Source of the DNA: an uncultured Caulobacterales bacterium
GTDB lineage: Bacteria; Pseudomonadota; Alphaproteobacteria; Caulobacterales; Maricaulaceae
NCBI GenBank assembly: GCA_964352785.1
Contig: CAYGTI010000017.1
Span: 4,494 to 68,493, forward strand
Length of the DNA stretch: 64,000 bases
Direction: 5' to 3'
Shown here one piece after another: positions 1-8,963 of the stretch. Position 1 is the first letter of the stretch, and every line of letters begins with the position of its first letter. A program made the translations under genes and the position numbers. Below the pieces are notes generated by a model. The model was not told where the DNA came from and searched no databases. It saw nothing but the letters and a program-made list of their open reading frames with translations.

Positions 1-124
1 CGACGTCATCAAGCTTTTCGTCTTGAGAACCGACCGGAGGCCCGTTTTGAGCATAGGCAATGCCGTCTATGTAAAATAAAGGCAGGGCTGCGAGAGCTGT
101 GATGAACAGGCGAGTATATCTCAT
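1..124 (-). CDS. hypothetical exported protein, N-terminal fragment (gene runs off the window start)
   Basis: My translation of the reverse strand from the ATG at comp(122..124) gives MRYTRLFITALAALPLFYIDGIAYAQNGPPVGSQDEKLDDV... This has a signal-peptide-like N-terminus and the frame stays open to position 1. It is absent from the ORF track because no stop lies in the window. Confidence 0.3.
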   Translation of the reverse strand, partial: MRYTRLFITALAALPLFYIDGIAYAQNGPPVGSQDEKLDDV

Positions 125-205
125 AACGCCAGATACAATGACGCCCCTAACCAGATATGGCAAGAGGCGTAGACAGTCTTTGCGGAGCATAGGCCCCAAC
201 GCGTA

Positions 206-331
206 CTAACCTTGACGGGCTTTAAACCGTGGGTCAGTTTTGTTTATGACATAAAGGCGACCTTTGCGGCGCACAACTTGACAATCGCGGTGACGGTTCT
301 TGAGTGATTTTAAAGAGCTACGGACTTTCAT
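206..331 (-). CDS. rpmJ: 50S ribosomal protein L36
   Basis: This 41-aa ORF is too short for the ORF track. My translation is [41 protein letters not shown], which matches the alphaproteobacterial L36 pattern ([35 protein letters not shown]). An alternative upstream ATG at comp(344..346) would add MKAKT. Confidence 0.85.
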   Translation of the reverse strand: MKVRSSLKSLKNRHRDCQVVRRKGRLYVINKTDPRFKARQG

Positions 332-537
332 GGTCTTGGCTTTCATATATTCAAAATTCAATGGCGCTCATTAGAGGGCTGAAAAGCCCGAGTCAATGGG
401 TTTTTGGGGCTTTGTATGGCATCTAAGAGCCAAAAATGCAGACTACGCTTTTTGTTCGTCCACACTCAATTCGTATTTGGAAATTGACCTTTTGCGTAAT
501 TCTGACACGATATCTCAAAAGACGAAATGAGGGATTT

Positions 538-2301
538 ATGTTGAACCGTATTTGGATGCCTGTAATTGTGGGGATGAGTCTGGTCGGGCTTTGTTATGCC
601 AAAGAGCCTGCTGGTGAATTGCCCGGTGCCAATGCTGTGATGAGCTTTGACTCTCGCTTCCATCCCGTGATTGCACTGAACGGTATGGTCGCGGCGCAAG
701 ACCGGATCGCGGCAGAAGTTGGCCGGGACATTCTTGTGCGCGGCGGCAATGCCATTGATGCCGCTGTTGCGACGGGCTTTGCTCTTGCTGTGACCCACCC
801 TCAGGCGGGTAATTTAGGCGGAGGCGGGTTTATGATGGTCTCGCTACCAGGGCAAGATGAGGTTATCGCGATTGATTTTCGCGAAATGGCACCCGCCAAA
901 GCAGCCCGGGATATGTATCTAGGGCCTGACGGCGAGGTTGATAACCAGCTTGCGCAGTATTCTCACCTGTCCGCGGGCGTGCCGGGGACTGTCATGGGGT
1001 TGCTTGAGGCTCTAGAGACTTATGGTACCATGTCCCGTAGGCAAGTCATTAGTCCCGCCATAAAGTTAGCCTATCAGGGGTTTCCGGTTAGCTATGGCCT
1101 TTCAGCGTCGCTATCCGCCAATAAGGCCGTAATGTCCACTGACCCGTCCACGCTGGATTATTTTTTCCCTATTGATCACAAGGCGCCCGTTCCGGGAGAT
1201 ATACTTGTACAAAAAGACTTGGCGCAAACTTTGCGCCGGATTGTCAAGGACGGCACTGATGGATTTTACAAAGGCAAAACTGCAAAACTGCTGTTGGCGG
1301 AGATAGAAGCCGGCGGGGGTATCATGACACAAGCCGATCTTGATAATTATAAAACAGTGATACGTTCGGCGGTCACCGGAAATTATAATGGATATGAAAT
1401 AGCCTCTATGCCGCCGCCCTCGTCTGGTGGTGTTCACATTGTGCAAATGCTCAATATTCTCTCCGGCTACGATCTCCAAGCGGATGGGCATAACAGCGCC
1501 AATTATTTGCACAAACTCACCGAGGCCATGCGGCGGGCTTATGCGGATCGGTCTAAATATCTGGGCGATCCGGATTTCTTCGATGTTCCAGTGGATGAGT
1601 TGATAGATCAGACTTACGCAGACTATTTGCGCACAACAATTGATCTGGAACGTGCAAGTTTATCGTCCGACATCGGCCCGGCCCAATCTCTCCCGTATGA
1701 AAGCAATGAAACAACCCATTACTCCGTCATGGACAAGTACGGGAATGCCGTCTCAGTGACGTATACGCTGAACTTTTCTTATGGCAGTGGATTTACAGTC
1801 GATGGGGCGGGGTTCCTGCTGAACAATGAAATGGATGATTTTTCGGCAAAGCCTGGATCACCCAACGGATATGGCCTGATTGGCGGCATTGCTAACCAAA
1901 TTGAACCCGGAAAGCGGCCTCTTTCGTCCATGACGCCGTTAATCATGAAAAAAGACGGCCGCGCTGTGCTGGCAACGGGCAGTCCGGGCGGTAGTACGAT
2001 TATCACGGCCGTATTGCAGATGGTACTAAATGTGGCCGAATTTGATATGAATGTGGCTCAGGCGACAGCCGCCGCGCGTATGCATCACCAATGGCTACCA
2101 GATATTGTCATCACCGAGCCGGGGGTTAGTCAAGATACTCTCAATATTTTAGCTTCGCGCGGGTTTATTATACCGCGTACAGATAATGGCGATTATGCCC
2201 GTACGGTTTTGGGGCGGGTTAATTCCGTCGCGTACAAAGACGGTGTATTCCAAGGGGCTGCAGATTCGCGCGGGCCCAAGTCTGCAGCAGCGGGTTATTA
2301 A
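538..2301 (+). CDS. ggt: gamma-glutamyltransferase
   Basis: The ORF 436..2301 carries GGT family motifs (GGNAIDAAVA, PPPSSGG, autoprocessing-site context ETTHYSV, GSPGGSTIIT). I moved the start to M35 (ATG 538), where the signal peptide MLNRIWMPVIVGMSLVGLCYA begins. Confidence 0.9.
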   Translation: MLNRIWMPVIVGMSLVGLCYAKEPAGELPGANAVMSFDSRFHPVIALNGMVAAQDRIAAEVGRDILVRGGNAIDAAVATGFALAVTHPQAGNLGGGGFMMVSLPGQDEVIAIDFREMAPAKAARDMYLGPDGEVDNQLAQYSHLSAGVPGTVMGLLEALETYGTMSRRQVISPAIKLAYQGFPVSYGLSASLSANKAVMSTDPSTLDYFFPIDHKAPVPGDILVQKDLAQTLRRIVKDGTDGFYKGKTAKLLLAEIEAGGGIMTQADLDNYKTVIRSAVTGNYNGYEIASMPPPSSGGVHIVQMLNILSGYDLQADGHNSANYLHKLTEAMRRAYADRSKYLGDPDFFDVPVDELIDQTYADYLRTTIDLERASLSSDIGPAQSLPYESNETTHYSVMDKYGNAVSVTYTLNFSYGSGFTVDGAGFLLNNEMDDFSAKPGSPNGYGLIGGIANQIEPGKRPLSSMTPLIMKKDGRAVLATGSPGGSTIITAVLQMVLNVAEFDMNVAQATAAARMHHQWLPDIVITEPGVSQDTLNILASRGFIIPRTDNGDYARTVLGRVNSVAYKDGVFQGAADSRGPKSAAAGY

Positions 2302-2410
2302 AAGCTAAATTTTAGTCTGTATGAACGTTATGAAAATATGCGATAAAAGCCTTAAGCCTGACGCGGTATTGAGTAAGGTTATCAGGACTTAGAATCAGCA
2401 AGAGACAGAC

Positions 2411-3013
2411 ATGCCGCATACTGCCAGTCCGGAAATAGAACGCCTCATTAGTCTGTTGTCAAAATTACCGGGTCTCGGCCCGCGGTCTGCGCGGCGGGCG
2501 GCGCTGGATCTCATCCGAAAACGGGACGTCGTCATGCGCCCTTTAGCCGAGGCCATGGCTCTCGCGGCGGAACGCATTAAAACTTGCGGGGTATGCGGTA
2601 ATATAGATGTGAACGACCCTTGCGCTATTTGTGCTGCGCCGGGCCGTGACAAGAGCGTTATATGCGTCGTGCAAGATGTGGGCGATCTGTGGGCGCTTGA
2701 GCGCGCTGGAGCCTATCGCGGGCAGTATCATGTGCTCGGCGGAACATTATCGGCGATTGATGGTGTGCGGCCAGAGGATTTGCGTATATCAGGCCTGATC
2801 TCGCGCGTGGAAAGCGGCGATATTTCCGAGGTGATCTTGGCGATGAACGCAACTGTGGACGGGCAAACTACGGCGCATTACATAACAGATCACTTGGAAA
2901 AAAATGATGTGAATATCTCCCGCTTGGCGCACGGTGTGCCTGTGGGCGGGGAGCTTGATTATCTTGATGACGGTACAATAACTGCTGCGCTCAAGAGCCG
3001 AAGACCTTTTTAA
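2411..3013 (+). CDS. recR: recombination protein RecR
   Basis: 200 aa with the helix-hairpin-helix [13 protein letters not shown], the C4 zinc finger CGVCGN..CAIC and a Toprim region [14 protein letters not shown]. Confidence 0.95.
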   Translation: MPHTASPEIERLISLLSKLPGLGPRSARRAALDLIRKRDVVMRPLAEAMALAAERIKTCGVCGNIDVNDPCAICAAPGRDKSVICVVQDVGDLWALERAGAYRGQYHVLGGTLSAIDGVRPEDLRISGLISRVESGDISEVILAMNATVDGQTTAHYITDHLEKNDVNISRLAHGVPVGGELDYLDDGTITAALKSRRPF

Positions 3014-3618
3014 TGCAGGCACTACGCAATAATATCAAAGCGACACCGGCTCTGATTTTTTTGCTGCTCGTCAATCTAATCCCGGTTCTGGGTGTCTGGC
3101 TGCTCTCGTGGGATATTGCAACCATCATCGTACTCTATTGGCTCGAAACAGTGATTATTGGTCTGGTCAACATTCCTAAAATGTGGGCTTGCGAAGGCGG
3201 GGTTGGCACAAAAGTCTTCATCACTCTATTTTTCCTTTTTCACTTCGGTATGTTTTCTTGGGGACACTTGACCTTTCTTATCCAAATGTTTGATGCGGGC
3301 CGGATTATAGGCGGTCTTAGAGACGGTGGACCTGTGGTGTGGACCGCCGCATCACTGTTAATCAGTCATTTATTTTCTATGATTGTGAATTTCTTTGGAC
3401 AGAAAGAATATAAGGGCCGCGCCGTAAATACGCAGATGTTCTTCCCGTACGGTCGCATCGTGGTGATGCATATTGTCATAATATTTGGCGGCGTACTGGT
3501 GATGTCATTCGGAGCGCCTGTTTTGGCGCTGCTGCTTTTAATCGGTTTAAAGATTATCATGGATATGACAGCACATAGTTTGGAGCACAGCGGGAAGCCT
3601 ATGCACATGATGAAATAA
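3013..3618 (+). CDS. polytopic membrane protein of unknown function (resembles DUF6498-type proteins)
   Basis: 201 aa with about six hydrophobic helices. The start ATG overlaps the recR stop by 1 nt. The family resemblance comes from memory of the motif LYWLE.V.IG..N..KM. Confidence 0.55.
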   Translation: MQALRNNIKATPALIFLLLVNLIPVLGVWLLSWDIATIIVLYWLETVIIGLVNIPKMWACEGGVGTKVFITLFFLFHFGMFSWGHLTFLIQMFDAGRIIGGLRDGGPVVWTAASLLISHLFSMIVNFFGQKEYKGRAVNTQMFFPYGRIVVMHIVIIFGGVLVMSFGAPVLALLLLIGLKIIMDMTAHSLEHSGKPMHMMK

Positions 3619-3624
3619 CCGGGA

Positions 3625-3963
3625 TTATATTTCTTCGATGACCGACGTGCCTTTCGCGTGTGTTCCGCAGGTCCATTGCCAACGCTCGTGCAACCTTATT
3701 TTACCATTTGGCAGAATTTCCGGTCGGGATTTGCAGCGCCCCGTCATCAAGAACCCGTCAAGATTGACGTGGTGATAGCGCATATTGATATGACCCTTTT
3801 CGTCAACCAAGCCAATTAAGTGCCCATAGTCGATCTCCCCGCCGGAATAGTCTGCGGTCAAAAGGTCGCCTTTTTGTGTATAGCGGAAAATGGTTTCTCC
3901 GCTGGTCTCGCTGCCTTTACTGGCCTGCACTGGGCGAAAGAGCCGTCCATCATAATAAATCAT
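3625..3963 (-). CDS. hypothetical protein (small beta-rich, lipocalin-like family sometimes mis-annotated as N-acetylglutamate synthase)
   Basis: A 112-aa ORF with no competing ORF, tightly packed next to rmuC. Confidence 0.45.
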   Translation of the reverse strand: MIYYDGRLFRPVQASKGSETSGETIFRYTQKGDLLTADYSGGEIDYGHLIGLVDEKGHINMRYHHVNLDGFLMTGRCKSRPEILPNGKIRLHERWQWTCGTHAKGTSVIEEI

Positions 3964-3973
3964 ATGCCGTTTT

Positions 3974-5110
3974 TCATGCGCCTGTTTGCCGGAAATCTGT
4001 CACATTTGGCGTAGCGGGCGCGTCTTCCATATCTAAAGCCTCAATTTTATCGGCGCGTTTAGTGATTTTTTCCGTTGAAATACGGATTTTACGAATGTCT
4101 TCGCTGGATTGATTAAAGTGCTGTTGAAGCTTGCTAACCCGGTCATCAAGAAGTGTAACGTCCTTGGCCATCATGCCGACTTCTTTCTGGATGATATGGG
4201 CCTGTTCTCTCATCTGCGCGTCTTTCATCACAGCGCGCATGGTGTGAAGCGTCGCCATAAAGGTCGTTGGGGATACAATCATGACCTTTTGAGAAAACCC
4301 CTCTTCTATGATGTGGGGGAAATGGGCATAAAGCTCCGCGTAGACCGCTTCGCTCGGCAGAAACAAAAGCGCCACATCATGTGTTTCGCCAAAAATCAAA
4401 TACTTGCTTGCAACGGCTTTGAGATGGAGACGCACGTCGCGGGCAAAGTCGCGCTGAGCGGACGTTTCGTCTGTATCTGATGTGGGATCCGAGAGCCGCC
4501 TCCAAGATTCAAGGGGAAACTTGCTATCAACGGCCACGTCGCCTTGATCACCTGGCAAGTGTATCAGAGCGTCAACGCGTTTGCCGTTAGATAACGTTGC
4601 TTGAAATGTATAAGATGAGGACGGGAGGTAATCCTCGATCAAGTCCTGCATTTGCTTTTCGCCAAATGCGCCGCGCGCTTGTTTGTTTGAGAGCAGGTTT
4701 TGCAGACCTGAGACCTCGCCTGATAATGTTTCAATGTTTTTTTGCGCGCGGTCAATCAAGGCGAGACGTTCGTGGAGTTGTTTGAGGTTGGCCGAATTGC
4801 GCTCCTGCGTTTCGGTGATAGATCGCCCGACCCGCTCCGAGACTTGCGACAAGCGGCTATCGAGTGATTCGCGAAACAAGGTGTCGCGCTGCGCTGTGTC
4901 TTCAGCAAATTGCGATAGGCGGCCTTGCAGCGCGTTTTGCCTGTCTGTCATGTCCGAAAGATGCACTTTAAGATCACGCGCGCCGCGCCGCGTTATCACC
5001 AACGTCAGCATTGCGCCAATTAACATCAATGTTAGGCCGAGAATAAGTTCGACGAGACTAATTTCTAGGCCCTGATATGATATGATGGAGTCCATACGCA
5101 TCAGTCCCAC
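3974..5110 (-). CDS. rmuC: DNA recombination protein RmuC
   Basis: 378 aa with an N-terminal TM helix, a long coiled-coil and a C-terminal RmuC nuclease-like region (VDALIHLP..VAVDSKFPLE, LFLPSEAVY, IVSPTTF). Confidence 0.85.
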   Translation of the reverse strand: MGLMRMDSIISYQGLEISLVELILGLTLMLIGAMLTLVITRRGARDLKVHLSDMTDRQNALQGRLSQFAEDTAQRDTLFRESLDSRLSQVSERVGRSITETQERNSANLKQLHERLALIDRAQKNIETLSGEVSGLQNLLSNKQARGAFGEKQMQDLIEDYLPSSSYTFQATLSNGKRVDALIHLPGDQGDVAVDSKFPLESWRRLSDPTSDTDETSAQRDFARDVRLHLKAVASKYLIFGETHDVALLFLPSEAVYAELYAHFPHIIEEGFSQKVMIVSPTTFMATLHTMRAVMKDAQMREQAHIIQKEVGMMAKDVTLLDDRVSKLQQHFNQSSEDIRKIRISTEKITKRADKIEALDMEDAPATPNVTDFRQTGA

Positions 5111-5296
5111 ACTTTGACGTTATGCGCAATTCACTGGAGTGTTGAATTTTGAGCTATGTATAACTTAGGGCGGAAATAAGGCAGGTATTGTCAAAACACG
5201 GCCATAATCGATTGTTAATCATGTTTTCGTAAGACCACTATAACCGCTTTTGATGTGGGCGTAGTCGTCAGATTCACGTTAAAGGCTGGGGAGATA

Positions 5297-6004
5297 ATGA
5301 TGGCCAAAATTTATCTTGTTGATGATGATGAGAATATTCTCACATCTGTTTCGATGTTCCTTGAGAGCGAAGGTTATGAGGTGCGCAAATTTTTCGACGG
5401 CGCAGCGGCGCTGGATATCTTGCGCAGCGATCCGCCTGACTTGGCAGTTTTCGATATCAAAATGCCGCGAATGGATGGTCTGGAACTTCTGCGGCGTTTG
5501 CGCCAGACGTCCAATTTGCCTGTGATTTTTCTGACATCCAAAGATGATGAATTCGACGAAGCCATCGGCCTTAATATGGGTGCTGATGATTATATCAAAA
5601 AGCCTTTTTCGCAGCGCTTGTTAGGAGAGCGCATCAAAGCTGTTCTGCGGCGCGCTTCATTGACAAATATTGAACTCCCAGAGCCAAATGTGGATGATGC
5701 CAAAGTTATGACGCGCGGAAAGCTTGTTTTGGACCCAAACCGTCACGCGTGTAGCTGGGAGGGCCAAGCGGTACGCTTGACCGTGACGGAGTTTCTGATT
5801 TTAGAAGCCTTGGCCCGGCGTCCGGGGTTTGTGAAATCGCGCGACCAATTGATGGACGCCGCCTATGATGACCAGATTTACGTGGATGACCGCACAATTG
5901 ATAGCCACATCAAACGCCTGCGTAAGAAATTTCGCAAGCATGATAAAACATTTGATGGTATCGAAACGCTCTACGGCGTTGGCTACAAATATAAAGAAGC
6001 ATAG
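5297..6004 (+). CDS. chvI: OmpR-family two-component response regulator ChvI
   Basis: Receiver domain ([27 protein letters not shown]) plus a winged-helix domain ([36 protein letters not shown]). It lies directly upstream of the chvG-type kinase. The start is set at ATG 5297, preceded by GGGGAG; the GTG at 5255 would add 14 non-conserved residues. Confidence 0.85.
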   Translation: MMAKIYLVDDDENILTSVSMFLESEGYEVRKFFDGAAALDILRSDPPDLAVFDIKMPRMDGLELLRRLRQTSNLPVIFLTSKDDEFDEAIGLNMGADDYIKKPFSQRLLGERIKAVLRRASLTNIELPEPNVDDAKVMTRGKLVLDPNRHACSWEGQAVRLTVTEFLILEALARRPGFVKSRDQLMDAAYDDQIYVDDRTIDSHIKRLRKKFRKHDKTFDGIETLYGVGYKYKEA

Positions 6005-7656
6005 GATACTCTCTGGCTCGCTCTCCCAAAACTAAGGATAAAAGCGCGGAGCGTTCTATCGTTTTCTCCCGTCTCGCGCGGGTCATTTTCCTATCCAACC
6101 TTATTGGACTGGCAATTCTCATTGTCGGGTCTTTGGCCCTTAATCAATACACGGCGGAACTCATTAAGGCGCGGGTTGAGAACTTACGCTCACAAGCGAG
6201 CTTGATCAGTTCTGTCATCGGCGAGACAGCGTCAGGTTTTGAAGGCAATGCCGCGCTTGATGTTCCTCGCGCGCGTGACTTTATTGAACGTATTGAACTA
6301 CCAAAGGGATGGCGCATTCGATTGCATGATAATAACGGGATACTGCAACTCGATAGAGACAGTTTTGATGATGAAATTTCTATTACGCCGCTGGGCCCCA
6401 TCGAGCCCGCTGCTGGACGAGGTATAAACCTTACAGAATTATGGGCGGCCATGCGCGCCCGTACAGGCGCGATGATGCATAACTTGCCATGGCGGGTTTA
6501 CCGCCGGGAGTTTTTACAACGAGACTTGCGTGGAGATATCAGGCGCGCGCTCGCAGGCGAAACAATTGGCGGTGAAAGGTATGATGAAAATGACGATCTG
6601 ATCGTGACCGTGAGCCTGCCCGTCACGCGTGTTCAAAATATTCTTGGCGCTGTGACGCTCGAATCCTCTGATGTGCAAGATATTATCGCGAGTGAACGGC
6701 GGGCTTTAACACCGTTCATTGGCCTTGCTATTGTCGCGGCGCTTCTGTCTTCGATTGCGTTGACAATTTCGATTGTTCAGCCTCTTCGTCAGCTATCCCG
6801 CGCCGCAGAAATTGTGGGTAAGTCGAGCACTAAACGCGGAGATATTCCTGATTTTTCCAGCCGGGGCGATGAGATCGGTGATTTGTCTGTTGTTATACGA
6901 AACATGACCCTTGGCCTTTATTCACGGATTGACGATATCGCAAATTTTGCAGCGGATGTGGCACATGAAATTAAAAACCCGCTGACCTCTTTGCGTTCGG
7001 CCTCTGATACGCTCAGGCATGTCAAGACAGACGAGCAAAGAGAAAAACTCATCGCAATTATTCAAGAGGATGTTGGGCGCATGGATCGCTTGATCAGCGA
7101 TATCTCGCGGGCGTCCAAAGTGGATGCTAATTTGGCACGCGACACGGCGCAAAGCATAAATATTTATGATATTTTGACAAACATTACAGAGTTTTATCAA
7201 CAAACTCGTTCCGGCGAAAATGCGTCTGTCGTTCATATATCTACAGACCGTGCGCACGACATGGATCCGGTTATGATACGCGCTTTTGAAACACCTTTTG
7301 CGCAGGTCTTGCGTAACCTTATTGATAATGCGTTGACATTTTCACCGCCTGACGGACTCGTTCGCTTGTCTGCTAAGCCTAGTGTCGAAGGGCAAAAGGG
7401 CAAAGTCATTATAAGTGTGGAAGATGATGGGCCAGGCATCCCGCCCGACAATTTGGAAACGATTTTTGATCGCTTTTATACTGAACGCCCGAAAGGCGCG
7501 CAATTTGGATCCCATTCTGGATTAGGTCTTGCAATTTGCCGTCAAATCGTAAGAGCACACAAAGGTAAAATTTGGGCTGAAAACAGGCAAGGCGAGGCTC
7601 ACGTATCAGGTGCGCGCTTTATGATCGAGCTGCCCCGGGATTTCCCGGCGAATTAA
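6001..7656 (+). CDS. chvG: sensor histidine kinase ChvG/ExoS-type
   Basis: The protein has a HAMP region, the H-box [15 protein letters not shown], the N-box [10 protein letters not shown] and G-boxes EDDGPGIP / [11 protein letters not shown]. The first TM helix ([25 protein letters not shown]) is encoded at 6061..6140, upstream of the track's TTG start (6133). The frame opens at 5995 and contains no ATG/GTG/TTG before 6133, so I place the start at ATA 6001, which overlaps the chvI stop TAG. CTG 6013 is the alternative (see findings). Confidence 0.75.
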   Translation: MGYSLARSPKTKDKSAERSIVFSRLARVIFLSNLIGLAILIVGSLALNQYTAELIKARVENLRSQASLISSVIGETASGFEGNAALDVPRARDFIERIELPKGWRIRLHDNNGILQLDRDSFDDEISITPLGPIEPAAGRGINLTELWAAMRARTGAMMHNLPWRVYRREFLQRDLRGDIRRALAGETIGGERYDENDDLIVTVSLPVTRVQNILGAVTLESSDVQDIIASERRALTPFIGLAIVAALLSSIALTISIVQPLRQLSRAAEIVGKSSTKRGDIPDFSSRGDEIGDLSVVIRNMTLGLYSRIDDIANFAADVAHEIKNPLTSLRSASDTLRHVKTDEQREKLIAIIQEDVGRMDRLISDISRASKVDANLARDTAQSINIYDILTNITEFYQQTRSGENASVVHISTDRAHDMDPVMIRAFETPFAQVLRNLIDNALTFSPPDGLVRLSAKPSVEGQKGKVIISVEDDGPGIPPDNLETIFDRFYTERPKGAQFGSHSGLGLAICRQIVRAHKGKIWAENRQGEAHVSGARFMIELPRDFPAN

Positions 7657-7665
7657 CTGGCCCTC

Positions 7666-7753
7666 AAGTCCTGAAAATCTACCTTTTTCAATAAAAAGTC
7701 TTTTCAATGTCAAATATTCCTGTTTATTGAACTTTAGACTTTTTTCAGGACTT
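7666..7753 (+). promoter_or_regulatory. nested imperfect hairpin filling the chvG-EIIA intergenic gap; the 3' arm covers the EIIA Shine-Dalgarno sequence
   Basis: The outer 12-bp stem pairs AAGTCCTGAAAA (7666..7677) with TTTTCAGGACTT (7742..7753). A middle stem pairs TCTA (7678..7681) with TAGA (7735..7738). The inner 9-bp stem pairs TTCAATAAA (7687..7695) with TTTATTGAA (7723..7731). AGGA at 7747..7750 lies 6 nt before ATG 7757. Confidence 0.4.
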
Positions 7754-7756
7754 TGA

Positions 7757-8161
7757 ATGATTGGACTTGTTATTGTTACGCATGGCCGACTCGCTATTGA
7801 GCTTCGGCATGCCATGGAACATGTGGTCGGTGAGCAAGAGCACATGGTTACGGTGTGTATTGGGCCCGATGATGATATGGAGCGCCGCCGCGAAGATATT
7901 CGTATGGCGATTGAAACCGTCAATAACGGGAAGGGCGTTCTGGTTTTGACCGATATGTTTGGCGGAACACCTTCAAATTTAGCTATATCTTTACTCGATG
8001 AGGGCCGGGTCGAAGTTATTGCCGGAGCAAATCTTCCAATGCTGATTAAAGTGGCTGAGGCTCGATACGATGTTGACTTGCCGACAGCTGCGATAAAAGG
8101 TAAAGAAGCGGGGCAGCGATATATTGCGATTGCCTCAGAAATTTTAGCTGGCGATACTTAG
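7757..8161 (+). CDS. PTS EIIA component, mannose/fructose family (PTS-Ntr EIIA-Man-like)
   Basis: 134 aa. The N-terminus MIGLVIVTHGRLAIEL with the phosphorylatable His (THG) and LTDMFGGTPSN are typical of EIIA-Man. The gene sits upstream of the HPr-like gene, as in alphaproteobacterial PTS-Ntr clusters. Confidence 0.8.
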   Translation: MIGLVIVTHGRLAIELRHAMEHVVGEQEHMVTVCIGPDDDMERRREDIRMAIETVNNGKGVLVLTDMFGGTPSNLAISLLDEGRVEVIAGANLPMLIKVAEARYDVDLPTAAIKGKEAGQRYIAIASEILAGDT

Positions 8162-8166
8162 GCTAT

Positions 8167-8457
8167 ATGGCGACTCCCGTTAGTATCAGGGTGACACTCG
8201 TAAATGAGCGCGGGCTGCATGCAAGAGCCTCTAATAAATTTGTGTCCTGCGCCATGCAATATGATGCCGAGGTTCACGTTATAAGCCACAATGATGTGTG
8301 CGCGGAAACGGTTATTGCCGATTCAGTGATGGAGCTTTTGCTTTTGGGTTCCGCTTATGGCGAGGACATTACGATCACGGCCACAGGCGTTCAGGCAAAA
8401 GAGGCTGTTGAAGCCTTAGCAGCACTAGTGTCCTCGCGGTTTGGAGAAGCTCAATGA
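8167..8457 (+). CDS. HPr-family phosphocarrier protein (NPr-like)
   Basis: 96 aa. His15 context NERGLHARASNKFV and Ser46-equivalent context ADSVMELLLLGS; the size and order are those of HPr. Confidence 0.85.
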   Translation: MATPVSIRVTLVNERGLHARASNKFVSCAMQYDAEVHVISHNDVCAETVIADSVMELLLLGSAYGEDITITATGVQAKEAVEALAALVSSRFGEAQ

Positions 8458-8876
8458 AAGCGCCTCTTTATATTTTTCTTGGGCTTACTTTATTGACTTT
8501 GATAGCGTGCGCCACGAAAGACACATTCGTACCGCAAAGCGAGTACCCGCCCGACCCTTGGGTTAAAGGTTATTCTAACCCGGATGACTGCTTGGGCGGA
8601 GAAAGGCTGGCTGCACGGGTTCTTGATTTGCCTGAATACCCTAGGCGGGCTTTTAATTCGGGTCGCCAAGGTTGGGTGATAATTCGGTTGGATGTTAACG
8701 AGGCAGGGTCCGCCGAGAATGTAAATATAGAGAGAGTGTTACCTGATGGCTTATTCGGAGCTAATGCGCGAAATGCCGTCAAGAAATGGCGGTTCGAGCC
8801 GCCAAAAGGTGGAGCCCTTCGAAATTGCCGTGTTTTAATCCGCTACAGGTTTGGAACAGTCAGCCTTGGCGGATAG
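8454..8876 (+). CDS. lipoprotein with a TonB C-terminal-like domain
   Basis: 140 aa with the lipobox LTLIAC and a TonB_C-like segment YPRRAFNSGRQGWVIIRLDVNEAGSAENVNIE...ARNAVKKWRFEP. The ATGA overlap with the HPr stop suggests translational coupling. Confidence 0.6.
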   Translation: MKAPLYIFLGLTLLTLIACATKDTFVPQSEYPPDPWVKGYSNPDDCLGGERLAARVLDLPEYPRRAFNSGRQGWVIIRLDVNEAGSAENVNIERVLPDGLFGANARNAVKKWRFEPPKGGALRNCRVLIRYRFGTVSLGG

Positions 8877-8963
8877 CTAGGCGACATTGCCTCTTTTCTA
8901 TTTTTTAAGTTCACTGTAAGTCTGTAAATAATTAATTTTATAGGTTATTCGGAATTTACACTT

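Noticed and set aside
436-537. N-terminal 34 codons of the ggt track ORF (MQTTLFVRPHSIRIWKLTFCVILTRYLKRRNEGF)
   Set aside because: The recognisable signal peptide starts at M35 (ATG 538). The upstream extension has no GGT homology that I recognise and looks like promoter/leader sequence.
5255-5296. GTG 5255 as the chvI start
   Set aside because: It adds 14 residues ([14 protein letters not shown]) ahead of the conserved receiver N-terminus. ATG 5297 is preceded by a good GGGGAG SD that lies inside that extension.
6133-6135. TTG given by the ORF track as the chvG start
   Set aside because: It would delete the first transmembrane helix, which is encoded in frame immediately upstream (6061..6140). 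A ChvG-type sensor needs two TM helices around its periplasmic domain.
7606-7923. 105-aa antisense ORF spanning the chvG end, the intergenic hairpin and the EIIA start, as a possible hprK remnant
   Set aside because: It is on the wrong strand for the operon. It has no P-loop or HprK motifs, and its composition (Ser/Ile/Cys/Arg-rich) looks non-coding.
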